A DNA stretch of 64,000 nt from NCBI RefSeq assembly GCF_009834535.1, contig NC_045696.1, forward strand, positions 71,674,001 through 71,738,000, read 5' to 3'. This document shows, in pieces, positions 12,801 through 25,190 of the stretch. The position numbers were made by a program, and so were the translations under genes. This stretch comes from Camelus ferus (taxonomy: Eukaryota). The notes beneath the pieces are model-generated. The model was given only the letters and a program-made list of their open reading frames with translations, did no database searches and had not been told where the DNA came from. Numbering within the stretch: position 1 is the stretch's first letter; the number at the start of each line of letters is the position of its first letter.

Positions 12801-15800
12801 TGAATGGAAATCTACTCCCATGTGCAAATTGTGAAGAACGATAGTACTTAGTTTAAGTAGTTGTGAATTTTGTTGCTGAACACACATAGTAGGTCTCGTG
12901 GCCAACAGTGAGAAATGGTAACAGAGCCCAAGTTCCCCTCTGTCCCACAACCACACTAAGTTGAAATTTAAAGTCTTCGGACTAACACTGAAATCAAGAA
13001 CTAACTCTCTAAATGTATTCTTTGTGGAGGGGTAACTCCAAATAGTCCCTAATTGTTGCCCCTTGTGTGAGCTAACGTTTCACAGCTTACATCACAGCCA
13101 CAAAACACCCAGAGTCAGTGACTGAGTAGCATTCTGTCTTTTGTAGATGAGACAAACAAATTGGAAGTCCTCAAATTTGAATTAACAAATTATATAACAA
13201 CTGAGAGAACACAATTTTTCACACGTGAAATGTGGGTTATAAATTCAAACTTCAGGCTGTTCCTTCCTTCTTAGGCGCAGAGGGGAAGCAATTACCATTA
13301 AACGGGAACCATGAATACTTCTCAGCACCAGTTGCTATGATGAGTTTCCTGAGAAAAGTCTGCAAAATTGAAATTACAAGCTTTCCAGTAAATTCTGGAT
13401 GATTTGTGATTTCTTTTAACATGCCCGTTTGGCTCCTGGACTGGGTTTAACAGGGCAAATTTGTTTAATGAGGAATATAGATCATCAGAAGAAGCAAGGA
13501 AAAGACAAGACTTAGAATGTGGAAATCAACGTAGCATTAAGAATTTGCAGGTAAATTTTATCTTTCTTTCTTTTGCCATCCGGACAAGAGCCAAAAATTG
13601 TCCTCTGTGAGACTTGAAAGGTTAAAAATATAAAATACAAAGTAGTACAACTGATTTTTACTGTGGCTTCCAAGAGAATCCTCATCAGCTCAAGGTCGTA
13701 GCTTTTAAACCTGCCACTTTCATCTTTAATACTGATGATTCATGAAGTATTTTGAGTATCAGATTGATTTTTTTAATGAAAACCCCAGTCCTTTTCCCTA
13801 ATTTATATGAAACTGTTCAGACTAGAATAAGAGACCTGAAGTTTGAGCGCATTTCCATAGAGTGTATGTCCCGTATCAGGACAGAGGGGCAGGTTTCATG
13901 ACAATACTGCATTTCCCCAACAAGGAGGAACCTGGAGTCAGAATGGAATGATCAAATGACTTAGTTTTTTTTTTTCTGACAGTCATATAACATCTTCTAA
14001 TTCTAGTCCCCTAATTTTTCTTTGGATTATAGTATCTCCTTTATGGAACTTTGGGGTTTGTTTTTGTTTTGGCCATGACGAAAAGCTGAGATGATTACTT
14101 TACAGTAGGAGAGAACTTTGGATCCCCCTACTGGTGATTTCTTCAAATTGCAAGTCTCCACTCTGGTTTCTGGAATCCGTTTAGTGGGTTACCATCAGAA
14201 TTTTTTTAAATGAAAATATGGATTGCATATAGGAACTGTAAATGTTTCTTGGTAAAACTTTGTTCCCATTATGTGTTTATGAATGCAGAGTCACGACTGA
14301 TTTCCAGCACCAGTGGGCCACCAGCAGCAGGATGGGATTAGGGTGAGGGGACTCAGGCTGGCTAAGTGCAGAGATGGATCCCGTGTCTATGTAAAATTTT
14401 GAGATTTTGTTCATCAAGGAGTTTTTGCATTACTTTAAAAAAAGGTTTTCTTTAAAATATTATTTATTTTGATTACTGCTCTTTTCTATGCCTTCTTAAA
14501 CTTTGTGCCCAAAATGAGTGCCTCACTTGCCTCTCCCTCACCCGGACCTTGCCGTCAGTGTGTCTACAGAGGGAGCGGAGAGGGTTGGCCAGCCTGGGGA
14601 ATTCCTGAAGAGGAAGCACATGCGGGGTAAGACGTTGACATGTGTGTGATGTCTTCTTTCTCTGTGGGGCAGGAGGTGAAGTCATCAGCTAAGTGAGGAG
14701 GACAGGCCTTGGGCAGGGGGGAGATTTAGCATGGCTGGTGAAGAGCCTGGGAGAGGGAGCAGGTCCAGGACAAGTGGAGGCCCGTCACTCAGCACCAAGG
14801 ACTCTGCTCACAGCTGGATATCACCGTGTGTACTGATGCTGTCTGCCTGTGACTTAGGCTTCCTGACAGCCCTGGAAGTGTTGTAGGAGTCTAGAGGGAG
14901 GGAATGACCCATGGTCTGGGGTTGCTGGGGTGGAAGGACGGGAACCAGGGAGAGGAGGGCAGAGGTGCCAGGTGATTCTGCATCTGAGACAGGGAGGTGG
15001 GTAGAGGAAAGGTCAGGGCACTGCTGGGTGGACAGGGGTGTTAGGGGGCAGGTCGCAGGTGTGCAGAGCATTCTGGATGAATATTTAGAGGTTGTGATTG
15101 AAAAGGGAGTGGACTGGAATTTGAAATTTCAGAGGAAATGCAGTTCTAAGTGATGCCACATAAATGACTTTCTTGATGTAAGTTGTCTTGAGTGTGTGGG
15201 AGGGAACGTGAACAAAATGGCATACACACCATAAAACAAGGGTTCCTGAGACTTCTGAGTGTTGTACGTCTACTAAGTAAGATGTGGAAATATAGTTTCC
15301 CTCAGGTTAGATGTTTTTTGTATATTACAACAACGGCCAGAAACAGTGGTCGAGAAACATATGGATGGACACAAAAATATGTGCATTTTGAATTCAAACC
15401 TGCTGGCTTTCTCTAGTCAACACAACTCAGCCTTCAGCTCCAGGGTCAGTGTTGCTTCTCCTCCTGGAAGATGCCTTTCCCCTCGACCTGGCCCCCACCT
15501 TGAGACCCCCATGCTCCCAGCACAGCCCTCACTCTTTGCTCCACGTCTGTCTTCCCACTCTTCCCGCTCCAGCTCCACGACGGCCTTGTCCATCCCGCCT
15601 TCCAACTGTTTCCCTCTCCCTTTGTTACCCCTCAATTTTCTCATGAACTAGCCCTTTAAGATGATTCCTTTTTTCTTTGCCTCCTCCCTCTTCTCCTTCC
15701 CCTGAGTTTACTGTTCCTCCAGGCCTCTCTGTTCACCTCCCCCAACCGCCCCCAACCCAGAGTGTTCACAGCAGCTCTGCTCAGGGTGCCCACCGGCCCT

Positions 15801-15954
15801 TCAGTCCCATCTGCCTCCAGTGTCAGCTCACCCACTGCACTTCCCCACCTGTCATCTCTCCAACACTGCAGTCAATACAAGCCTAAAACCAAACATCTTC
15901 CCACCTCTCTCCTAACTCAGGAAACAAATTTTCCCTCATTTGTCAGTAATGGTT

Positions 15955-16313
15955 TGTCATTGGAAATACTGAACAATCTATAATAGGAATAGAAAAGAGT
16001 TTTATTTGAGCCAAACTGAGGACTATCTTTTAAGGACTGAAAGCCGTTCCTTCGATATGTAATCATCAGGAAGGATAGAATCCTAATGTCAAGACTGACA
16101 GCTGGCAAACAGGGCTGTCTAATTACATTTACACTGGCTCACTCTTACCCATTTTTTGTGATTTTTCACTTCCCTGACTCTACTTGAACCCCTACTCACC
16201 CAGTCGGCTCTGCACAGATCAGGGTGGAGCTCAGCTCGTTCCCCTACTGTCAGTGGTTACTGAACAAAATCTGTGTCCACCGCTTTAACTAATGTCTAAC
16301 TTTACCTTTGACA
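15955..16313 (+). mobile_element. ERV1-type LTR fragments (MER34/MER41-like)
   Basis: ttttatttgagccaaactgaggacta and ...aacaaaatctgtgtccaccgctttaactaatgtc...ctttgaca LTR end. Confidence 0.5.
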
Positions 16314-18039
16314 CCTGAAACAACAATTGTCCCCCTGCCTGCAACCACCTAAGTCCCACTGATCCTCAGGTTGTTCTGAAATCCTGTGACTCATCCCACC
16401 TTGGCTGATCTCTGCTCCTGGGGACACCCCTATGGGGCCTGCTGTTGGTGTTGCCCGCGTCAGCACTGACCTGCCTGGACCTTACAGTGATGTGCTGATT
16501 TTTTCTGTGATTTTGTTTTTGACTCCAACTAATTGTCTCCAATACTCTGAAGCTGAAGGCCCTATAGTTCATTATTTTCATTGACTAGGATGAGAACTTA
16601 CATAGAAAGTACTCAAATACTTACAGGATGAATTGAAACTGCCATAGTTTAACTGTAAATTAAAATGCAGACTTTGTCATCTTAATTACAATTTCAACAA
16701 ATATAGTTGGTTGAGCATGTATTTTAAGGATTACAAAAGTAGCCTCAACAAAGAAATGCGTTGTCTGCAGGGGTGAGAGAGAATAGACGAGAGGTGACTG
16801 TAGATAAACTAGTTTTGTCCAGAAAAGGTTAAAGAACTCTCTTGTTTGTTTGTTTTGTTTGTTTGTAGTAGTTGTGAGGCACAGCTCCCAGACTTGGGGT
16901 GGGGTCCACCACCTGCTTCCCCGAATTCCTTTACTTTTCTCTTCTTTATCCTTCTGACCAGTGTTCCCTATTTAAAAAAGAGGACATAAATTTGCCTCCA
17001 GTCCAAACACATGAACCGAAGTTATATTCCAAATATTTGCATATTTTCTTCTAAGCAGCTCTTTGTTCTGTTCTCGTCTGTAGTCTCCTCTTTCCGATTT
17101 TCAGCAGGCTCTGAAGTCATCTGTAATTTTATATCCCCTCAATAAGAATACGTTGATATTCACCCCCAATTTGCAGATTAAATCACCAATGCAGAGTGCA
17201 GGGAGGGGTGCCTGAGGTTGTACAATAAATCTGGCCCCAAACCAGACAACCTTGGTTCCAGCCTGTTAATTGGTTGCCCAGTCGCACTGTGGGCACAAAG
17301 GAAGCTGCACCCACAGCATTCTGTCCTGGGTGGTTGCTGAGCCCACATTCATTATTGGGATCGCTTTGTTTCCTGTAAGCCCAGCATTTTCTCTCTCCAG
17401 GTCAGGCAGGTCTGCGGGCTTCTCTGTAGCCCTCACCCCTGCACCCCTACAGAAGCTACAGGATGTGCCTTAGAGAGGCGTTATAATTCTGCATGAACCA
17501 GAAGGGCAGGCCTCGATTGCCTGTGCGTGGTCTCCATCAGCAAGGCCAGGGCTGGGGCAACGTTGTTTAGTTTTAGTGAATGAATTTGGATCATGCTGTT
17601 TTGGGGATGGTAAATTATGCTCAGGTAAATTATGCAGATATTTTCTTTACTAACAGTTTAACCTGGGTTCACTACACGGTTTACAATTACACAAGCCAAT
17701 GGTGTAATGATAAAGTCTCTTAAAAAACCAATAAAAAAAGAACACACTCCAAACAAATGATAGATTAATTACACTATTGTTGCAGGCGAGGGGAGATGAC
17801 AGAAATGAAGTCGAAATTCAGTTGAGGTGTACCTTGCTCTGAGGTTGGTTCTGGGGAGACTTGGCTTAGGCAACCAGGAGCTGAAGTCCAGCAGACAGCA
17901 AGCGAAAGTGGAAAGCCCTCTGTTGCTATAGCAGATTGCTAGGGAACGAAAGCGGTGTAGGCGGCAAGCCGGCGGGCTTTTGCCATTGCGGGTAGAGATG
18001 CCTTTACCACCGCAGGAGCCAACGCCCCAAGGTCTGGAG

Positions 18040-18517
18040 GAAATAAAGTTATTTTAAGGCAGGACAAGAAAAAAAATCAAATATAAAATTTTCTCTCTGC
18101 CCATTTGGGCCACTCGCCCCTTTCCTTTAGTGTGCATTGTGCACCTGCATTTTCCATTAGCCAGATTTCCTTAGAAGACACGAGAATGCCTGCTAGACAA
18201 AAAAGAGCAATTTTCTCCTGGCACCAGCAAGGTAACTCCTTAGGAGATAACATTCCTCTCCTGAACCTGTAAGGGGTCACAATGACCCACTACTCACCCA
18301 GTGTGTGCAGATCTGGTCCATGTAAACTGTCAAGATGTTACTTTGTTATATAACCCTTTGTCTTGAAAAGGGATGTACTGTACTTTGATTTCTAAATGAT
18401 GGAACAGTCCTTAGAGTTTTCTGAAATTCTGTCTCCCAGGTCATAATCCTCAGGTTGACTCCAATAAATATCTCTAGTTCTTTTTACATTGACTATTAAC
18501 TAATTTTTTTGTCCACA
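18040..18517 (+). mobile_element. ERV1-type solo LTR
   Basis: LTR-like body ending aataaa...tttttttgtccaca. Confidence 0.5.
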
Positions 18518-19750
18518 GTCTTCAGAGAGCTAGATCAGCAAAGGGTAGCTTTCCCCAGATTGAAACTCTTGGCTTGTCCTTACACACTTTGGGTATTTAT
18601 AGTCTAAATGTCCCTTCACCATGGTTGCTTCTTATGGTTTTACTGATAACCCCCAGCTCAGCCCCTCAGCAGCTGAGCTCTGAGTGCTTATCAACCCACT
18701 TGATGAGATGATGACATCCTGACACAGCTTATTTCATTCTTATATGGAAACAACTTTAAATCTAAAAACAACTCCTTTTTTTTTTGTCTTTGTCATGAAC
18801 AAGTGGATTAAAGCAACTTAAATCATAAACAAGTGGAAATCATATCAAACCAATATACAACACATAGAGATGCTTTTGCTTTTGGCTGGGAAAGGCCACC
18901 TAGTGACTATGTTCAACTGGTGAAGTTCAGGTGTTCTTTTGTTATAAAAGAGAAGCTGGGTATTGTAAAGAGGAGTTTACCTTTCCTAGATCTTCCCCTC
19001 ATCACATCAACACTGTCAGTGGGGTTTGGTTATAGTTTGCGCAAACAGTGGCTAGACAATTCATGTTGCTAAGGATGGGAGGGTTTGGTTTTTAAACTTC
19101 CTAACTATACTGAATCGAGGAGGGTAATCAGCTGTTCTGATTGGCCCAGGACTTCTGAGTTAGCACTGAAGGTCCTGCATCCCAGGAAACAAGAACATGA
19201 AGACTCCCAGCTTTAGGTATTAAGTGCTGAAGGTTGGGGAAAAATTATAAATCCATATGGCAACCCCCTCCCCCTCCAGTGGCCTGAAAGTGACAATATT
19301 TTTAGCATTGAGTGGATACAGCATTTGCTGTTGCTTTTGTTTGTTTTTTCTCCTGGCTGCTGACATTGGCAATCATGATTTGCAGTTCACAATAATCGAT
19401 TATCCATTTGTGCATTATTCTAAGTGAGGCACCTCAAGTGTACAACCTGAGTATATTCTGAGTGACAGTGTTAGCAGTTGTCTTTAATTTGGCTGGTGGA
19501 TTGACAAATTGTGCTTTGCATTGAGATAGTGCTAGTTTAACTTCAACACTATGAATGTTGTGACAATATTTGCTAAGAGTTTAGATAATGAGGATGACCA
19601 TACCAAAGCCAACATGACATAGACATCACCTTAAAAGAAAGCTAAATGACTTATTTTAATGATAGATGGAAGGACACTTAGATTAGGAAATTTAATAACC
19701 AAAACAGTACATTCCACACAAAAGACAGAAAAGAATTTGGGATTGGACAT

Positions 19751-20075
19751 TGCTATGGTTTGAATGTTTTCCACCCCCGCCTCCAAATTCATATGTTGAA
19801 ATCCCAGTGCCCAAGGTAATGGTATTAGTAGGTAGGGCCTTTGGGAGGTGATTAGGTCATGAGGGTGGTGGAGTCATGAATGGGATTAGTGCCCTTATAG
19901 AAGAGGCCCAGAAGAGCTTTTACCTCTTCTACCATGTGGGGGTTCAATGAGAAGTCTTCGACCAGGTGTAAGGCCCCTAGCTAGACCATGCTAGCACCCT
20001 GATCTCAGACTTCCAGCATCCAGAAATGTGAACAATAAATTTTTGTCATTTATAAGCTACCCAGTCTGTGGATAA
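19751..20075 (+). mobile_element. MaLR LTR (MLT1A/B-like)
   Basis: tgctatggtttgaatgt...aaattcatatgttgaaatc...ggcctttgggaggtgattaggtcatgagggtgg...gatctcagacttccagc...aataaat...tataagctacccagtctgtgg. Confidence 0.85.
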
Positions 20076-20960
20076 TATAAAATACAAAACTATAAAACTC
20101 CTAGGAAATAGCAGGAGCAAATCTTGATGACTTGGGGTTTGGTGATGACTTTTTAGATGCAACACCAAAGACAGGAAAACCATGGAGTTAGGATTTTATC
20201 CCAGGTGGAAAGGAAAGCTATCGAATAATTTATTTTTATGAGATCACCCTGGGGGCTGAGTAGTAAATGGATTGTATAAAGCAAGATCAAGGGCAGGAAA
20301 ACAAATTTGGAGACCATTGCCAAAGTCTTGATAAAAGAAGGCAATACAAGGTAGTGAGATCAGCATGGAAGAAAGATGCAGAGTTTGGTTTTGCACATAT
20401 TGAAGTGCCAGAGTCATCAGACTAAAAATATCCAGAGAGCAGTTGGTCTGATGCTCCGAGGAGCACACAGGAAGCCTGCAAGTGTTGAGAGGACAGCAGA
20501 GGCCACAAATGTAGGAGGGAGAATAGCAAGAGTGGGGCCCCGAGGGGCAGAAATATTGAGGAAGTAACTGCCTCTTGCCACTGAGTTTAAGAAAGTAATC
20601 AAAGGTGTCCTTGGATGGAGATAATGGTTGCCTTTGATCCTGGCTAAAATCCTCATTATTAAACAGGGCTGTGAAGACCTTCTAGTAAATTGCGTTAGTT
20701 ATACCTTTTCCTAATACAATCCAAGTTATGTTTGTTCGGTTTTGTCTCATCTTTATGTAGTTCTCTCCCCCTGTCTTCCAATCTCTGTAGGGAAGGGACA
20801 TGAGGATAGATGCCATGCCCTACTTTTCTCATTCTTTAGAATCTCCTTTTAAATGTTTACTTACCAAAGACAGTGATGGCTTTGAATTGATCTGATACTT
20901 TCAAGGATTCTAGCATTTGTCTTATTTGTCACAGCAGCAGTTTCATAATGAGGAAAGTCA

Positions 20961-21436
20961 TGTAAACAAAGGATGTTCTATAAGGATCAAGTCAAGGTAT
21001 ACTGTAGGTTGGCAGTTACTGACTTATACACCTAAAAAGGAATTCAGGATGAAGCATTCTGATTTGTGGATATATGGACCCCTAGATAGCTAAGATGCAT
21101 ATCTAAAGAAGAATTTCAACGACCCCAGATTCCTGCATCTTCCCATGCATAGATAAGCACCAAAATAAGTAAACTGAGATAGCTAGGGTTTTTTTGTTTT
21201 TTGTTTTTGTTTTTGTGTGTGTGATTAGCAGTATTCTTTTACCAAGATGTTTGTTTGACTACATGTATTTTCCAGCCAAAAAAATTCATATATATACTGG
21301 CCCCCCCCACCACTTCTTCAGAGCAGTCCCTCAGAGCTATCTAAAAGGCTGTCTTCCAGGCTGTAGTCCTCAGTAAGGTCCCTGAATAAAACTGAATCTC
21401 ACTGCTCTTACACTGCATTTTTCCCCTCAGTGGACA
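20961..21436 (+). mobile_element. ERV1-type solo LTR
   Basis: Starts TGTAAACAAAGG, ends ...cctgaataaaactgaa...tcagtggACA; TG...CA termini. Confidence 0.65.
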
Positions 21437-22094
21437 CTGGCAAGCATCAGTACTAACCCTGGGAAAGGACAGGGATGCTGCTCTTCCCTAGAAATTCATT
21501 ATCATATTTTTTTCTATGTGATATCAAGCAAAGCAACTAGTGGAAGTCACAGTCAGTGTAGTTCTTCTGACAAATGATAAACTGTGGTCAAGAAAAAGAT
21601 TGTTTAATAAGTAATTTGTGAGAAGAAGAAAACAAAGATCATACTCAATCCTTCCATAATGGGGCCTATTATAGCAAATCCATGTTATTGTTACGGAAAA
21701 AGAAATTTACCAATTAATTAGCTTATTAACAAAAACCTTGCCAGTTGAGTAGCTACGTGGCATATAGCAGGAAATGTTTGCCACACCAGAAGAGGGAGCA
21801 ATCTTACATTCTAATGCTTTTTTTTTCCTCTCAAAGAAACAGATAATGCTTAACAGATGGTGCTGATGAAATCTGCAACTGATCAGTCTTTGTGCTACTG
21901 CCCAGCAGCAGCTAACCTGGAACTATTAAAACTTTTTATGAAGAGTCACATTTCTTGTATCCTTTGTGTATAGTTTTGTAAGTAGAATAAAATATTTACT
22001 ATAGAGTGCTGTTTTATCTCTTTCCTTGGAAAATATGAAGGTATGGCAACAAGTAGAAATCTTTAAGGAACAAGGATCAAAAAACTTTAAAGAA

Positions 22095-22837
22095 AAATAT
22101 GCTTCTTTGTAATTTTATTGAACATTCAATATACAATATGGCAGTTTTTCTGGGATTTAACCATAGGATATGATTATTGCTGGTGCTTAGCAAAAGACTC
22201 AAATTTACAGTTAACCACTAATAAAATGCCTTACTGAATAAAAATGATACCAAACAAAATGAATTCAAGTATTTTCTTAAAAAAGTCATTTTAAAGTTCG
22301 TTCTACTCAGCCTAATGACTAACACCATAAAGGCAGAACACTAGTTTAATATAATTGGCTGCTTTTATACAGCAGATATCTTTCAGTTCACATTTAATAA
22401 GTATATTATTAAATAACAGCAAATACTCAATATAACCATGTTTACAGAACTAGAAAATAAATTTCTAAGAAGTATTTTTACAACTCCATCTTTCATACCC
22501 AGCCCCAACAGTCTAATTCTGTAGAGCATGAAGTCAATGACTTTCCTTACATGAGCTCATGCTGAAATTGCTTTGCTATCAAAAATCTACATTTTTGATC
22601 TGTTCTGAGCATTGGGACAAGCTTCAAATACTCCCCCCAAAAGAAGTACAATGCATATTGTGATTACCTTTTCAGCAACAGCGAACGTGGCATTCAAAAC
22701 CATCTCATCCCAGGAATTAGTCTGCCACATTCACGGGCATTTCCTCCACTGTGGTACGGAAGTCTGTGTCATGTAAGTCCTGTCTTCTTCAATGTTTATG
22801 GCCACAGTTTTCCTCCCAAATTGACTCACTGCCAATT
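22095..22837 (-). pseudogene. EIF4A2-like terminal exon including full 3' UTR homology
   Basis: ttcttttgttcag|AATTGGCAG; reads IG / QFGRKTVAIN / [12 protein letters not shown], with TAA at 22719-22717. This is followed by TTCCTGGGATGAGA...CGCTGTTGCTGAA...TTAGACTGTTGGGG..., matching the recalled EIF4A2 3' UTR. Confidence 0.93.
22114..22119 (-). terminator. Polyadenylation signal AATAAA of the host transcript
   Basis: AATAAA on the minus strand at the end of the EIF4A2-like 3' UTR, followed by U-rich downstream sequence. Confidence 0.65.
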
Positions 22838-23274
22838 CTGAACAAAAGAAAAATTATAAATGAGACTATCACTGATCAAATGCTACATAAACTACTAATG
22901 ATATGAACTACTAGTTAACCATCAGTGGCTGTTTATTTGCCAAGATTATACTTAGAGTGCTTCTAACTGAAGCACTAGATGTTAATTACAGTAGCTAGAG
23001 AAAAAGAAAAGGTTTCTTCTGTAGTTAATTCAACAAGATTCATCTGGCTGCAAGATCAAATTCTATCAGGCACTTGAGTGTTATTATTTATAAAGCAGAT
23101 GACTGTATTGTGTTTGGGGTAGTGAAATTATAGCCCTTAGCAAAGTGGGCTAAGAGCAGCTGTCAGCCTGCAACAGACGTAAACACCAGGGAACAGTTGT
23201 GTAATCCGTTTTGGCACACTTTTGGAATTATAAATGGAAAATATAAACTCTGGAATGTTAACTATTATTTAGGA

Positions 23275-23462
23275 CTATGCTGTCCAATGCAATAGTCACT
23301 AGCTACACGTGGCTAGTTAAATTAAAATGAATTAAAATGAAATAAAATAGAAAATTCAGTTCCTCAGTTGCATTAACCACATTTCAGTAGCCACCTGTGG
23401 GCTGTCACTACTGTGTGGGGCAGTGAAGATATAGGGCATTTCCAACATGACAGACTTGGTCT
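23275..23462 (-). mobile_element. MER3-like hAT-Charlie MITE in the last intron of the EIF4A2 duplicate
   Basis: tgctgtccaat...cactagctacacgtggcta...aaattcagttcctcagttgca...gatatagggcatttcca matches the reverse complement of recalled MER3. Confidence 0.8.
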
Positions 23463-23701
23463 AGGACTTAAAACTTTTTCCAGTAGTGGGGAAACTTCCA
23501 AAGATTTGTTATGGTAACCTATATTTATCAGTGCTTTCTGTTCTGCTCACCTCATACACTGTAACACAAATGAATGAGAGATGTTTACCACCACAACCCT
23601 CTACTAAAACAGATGATAGAACCAATCAAAAATGTCTTGGCTGGAGCAACTTAAAATATCAAATAACCAAGACAAGAGAAAAACAAATATGGAAACACTT
23701 C

Positions 23702-23806
23702 CTTGCTCTTTATCCAAACAACATGCTACTTCACTTATGAATCTATGTCCTAAATCAGGCCAATGCCATATCTGAGTATCACCTCATCACCTATTCTTCT
23801 CAACCA
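23702..23806 (-). pseudogene. Remnant of the EIF4A2 NMD-inducing 'poison' cassette exon
   Basis: GGTGATGAGGTGATACTCAGATATGGCATTGGCCTGATTTAGGACATAGATTCATAAGTGAAGTAGCATGTTGTTTGGATAAAGAGCAAG aligns to the recalled human poison exon, with CpG-to-TpG/CpA decay. Preceded by TAG and at the correct position between exon 10 and the last exon. Confidence 0.75.
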
Positions 23807-24311
23807 CTATATTTTTGGACAAAGTTATTTTTACATTAGTAGCAGGACATAATTTAACTTATTTAGTGATAAAGCCACTGTATGTAAGCCAGGGTCAACA
23901 TAAATTGCTACCAGAAAACGCCAAGAAAATCTCAATTACAGAGGAGTCACCAGGAAAGCACAAGATATAAGCAACATGACCAAAACCAAAACAAGACCAA
24001 AAAAAACCCCTCATGTGTAAGTTAAGACAACCAATCTAACAGCATTATTGATTTTCCCTTTGAATATCAACTGTATAAAATACAAAATCTGGGCTACATT
24101 TCACATGGCTTTCCCACTGTGTTTTGATCAACCATGAATATTTCCAAGTACAATTTAAGTAAATTCAACTTATTATGTTACTACATTTCCTGATTCATTT
24201 ATCTGATTTTCAAAGTTGTCTGGCTGACAAAATCATACTTGAAAAGCAGTACCTGAAGTTATTTCACCAGAATAAAAGCAAGTCATTCAATGCAGATGCC
24301 AAATAACTCAA

Positions 24312-24391
24312 CCGAGAACATAGTTTCCACAAGCGGTGGGCAGATCATAGTTTATAACCATAGATATTAGTTAAACATAAAAATCATGAGC
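24312..24391 (-). pseudogene. EIF4A2-like exon 10 remnant
   Basis: ctcag|GCTCATGAT...; reads [25 protein letters not shown] (cf. [26 protein letters not shown]). 80 nt with no indel; the original donor now reads GG|ttgagt. Confidence 0.93.
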
Positions 24392-24446
24392 CTGAGATAT
24401 GATAATATATATTCACATTCTGATTCAAAAGGCAACTTCTGCACAA

Positions 24447-24577
24447 TCTCTTAGGCCACAAAATAGTAAGGAACCACATATAAGTCACACGGCTCACTGT
24501 GGAGTGTGGTCTTTATTCCCTCACATAGCTTGAGCTGACAAAGGTGATGAAAAATCCTCTCCGAACCACCTTTTAAT
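24447..24577 (-). pseudogene. Decayed SNORA4-like H/ACA snoRNA (EIF4A2 intron 9 equivalent)
   Basis: GACCACACTCCACAGTGAG...TACTATTTTGTGGCCT matches the recalled SNORA4 3' hairpin. The H box position reads GGAATA and the ACA position reads AAG. Confidence 0.8.
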
Positions 24578-24605
24578 AGATAAATATTGTAATTAAATGA
24601 AATAC

Positions 24606-24687
24606 CAGTAAGTCAGTAGTAATCAAAACATAGTTTGTCCCCTATCTGAATTCCCTCTTGGGAATATCTCTTTCTTTCTGTCACCAC
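24606..24687 (-). pseudogene. EIF4A2-like exon 9 remnant
   Basis: ttgcag|GTGGTGAC...GACTTACTG|gtattt. Reads [24 protein letters not shown] (cf. [25 protein letters not shown]). Confidence 0.95.
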
Positions 24688-24752
24688 CTGCAAGATATTA
24701 ATAAGCCTTAACTCTCAGGAGTCATTTGTTAAGGTAGGGTTTAAATTGGTAA

Positions 24753-24886
24753 CCATGTATGAGACCATGCATCCCTGGCTGCTACAGCACCATGGCTGGC
24801 AGGGCTTGAAGGAAACAGTCTTATTTTGAGCAGGGGGCAAAGACAATGTGGCACTTCACAGCTACACTGTAACTAGATCCTGCATC
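24753..24886 (-). ncRNA. H/ACA snoRNA, SNORA63 family (position equivalent to SNORA63/E3 in EIF4A2 intron 8)
   Basis: GCAGGATCTAGTTACAGTGTAGCTGTGAAGTGCCACATTGTCTTTGCCCCCTGC, H box AAATAA, ...TGTAGCAGCCAGGGATGCATGGTCTCAT-ACA-TGG. 134 nt. Confidence 0.88.
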
Positions 24887-24951
24887 AGTTTATTAAGGAA
24901 ATGGGATTAACAGTGTCTTAATCACCAGTACTAGGGAAGAACAGTTCTTGC

Positions 24952-25059
24952 CACAACAGAAACTGAAATTCCTGGCATGCATTTTCTCAGACATCCACCT
25001 TCTGCCTTGTGTTCTACTGGCCAGTCTCTCATATGTCACAAAGAGCACACGATTCCTCC
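24952..25059 (-). pseudogene. EIF4A2-like exon 8 remnant
   Basis: ctccag|...CTTTGTGAC...AACACAAGGCAGAAGGTGGAT...GAGAAAATGCATGCCAGGAATTTC...TGTG|gcaaga. Reads LCD / NTRQKVD / EKMHARNF. Internal deletions and a GC donor. Confidence 0.9.
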
Positions 25060-25190
25060 CTGGAGTATATCAGAGAGGAAAATGTGAATTTGGATCAGAG
25101 TTGGAGTAAAAAGCCATTTGATTTCTAACTCTCATCCCTACCATCAGAAGGAACTACTTAGAAATTCATTCATTAATTCTGCTTAAATAC

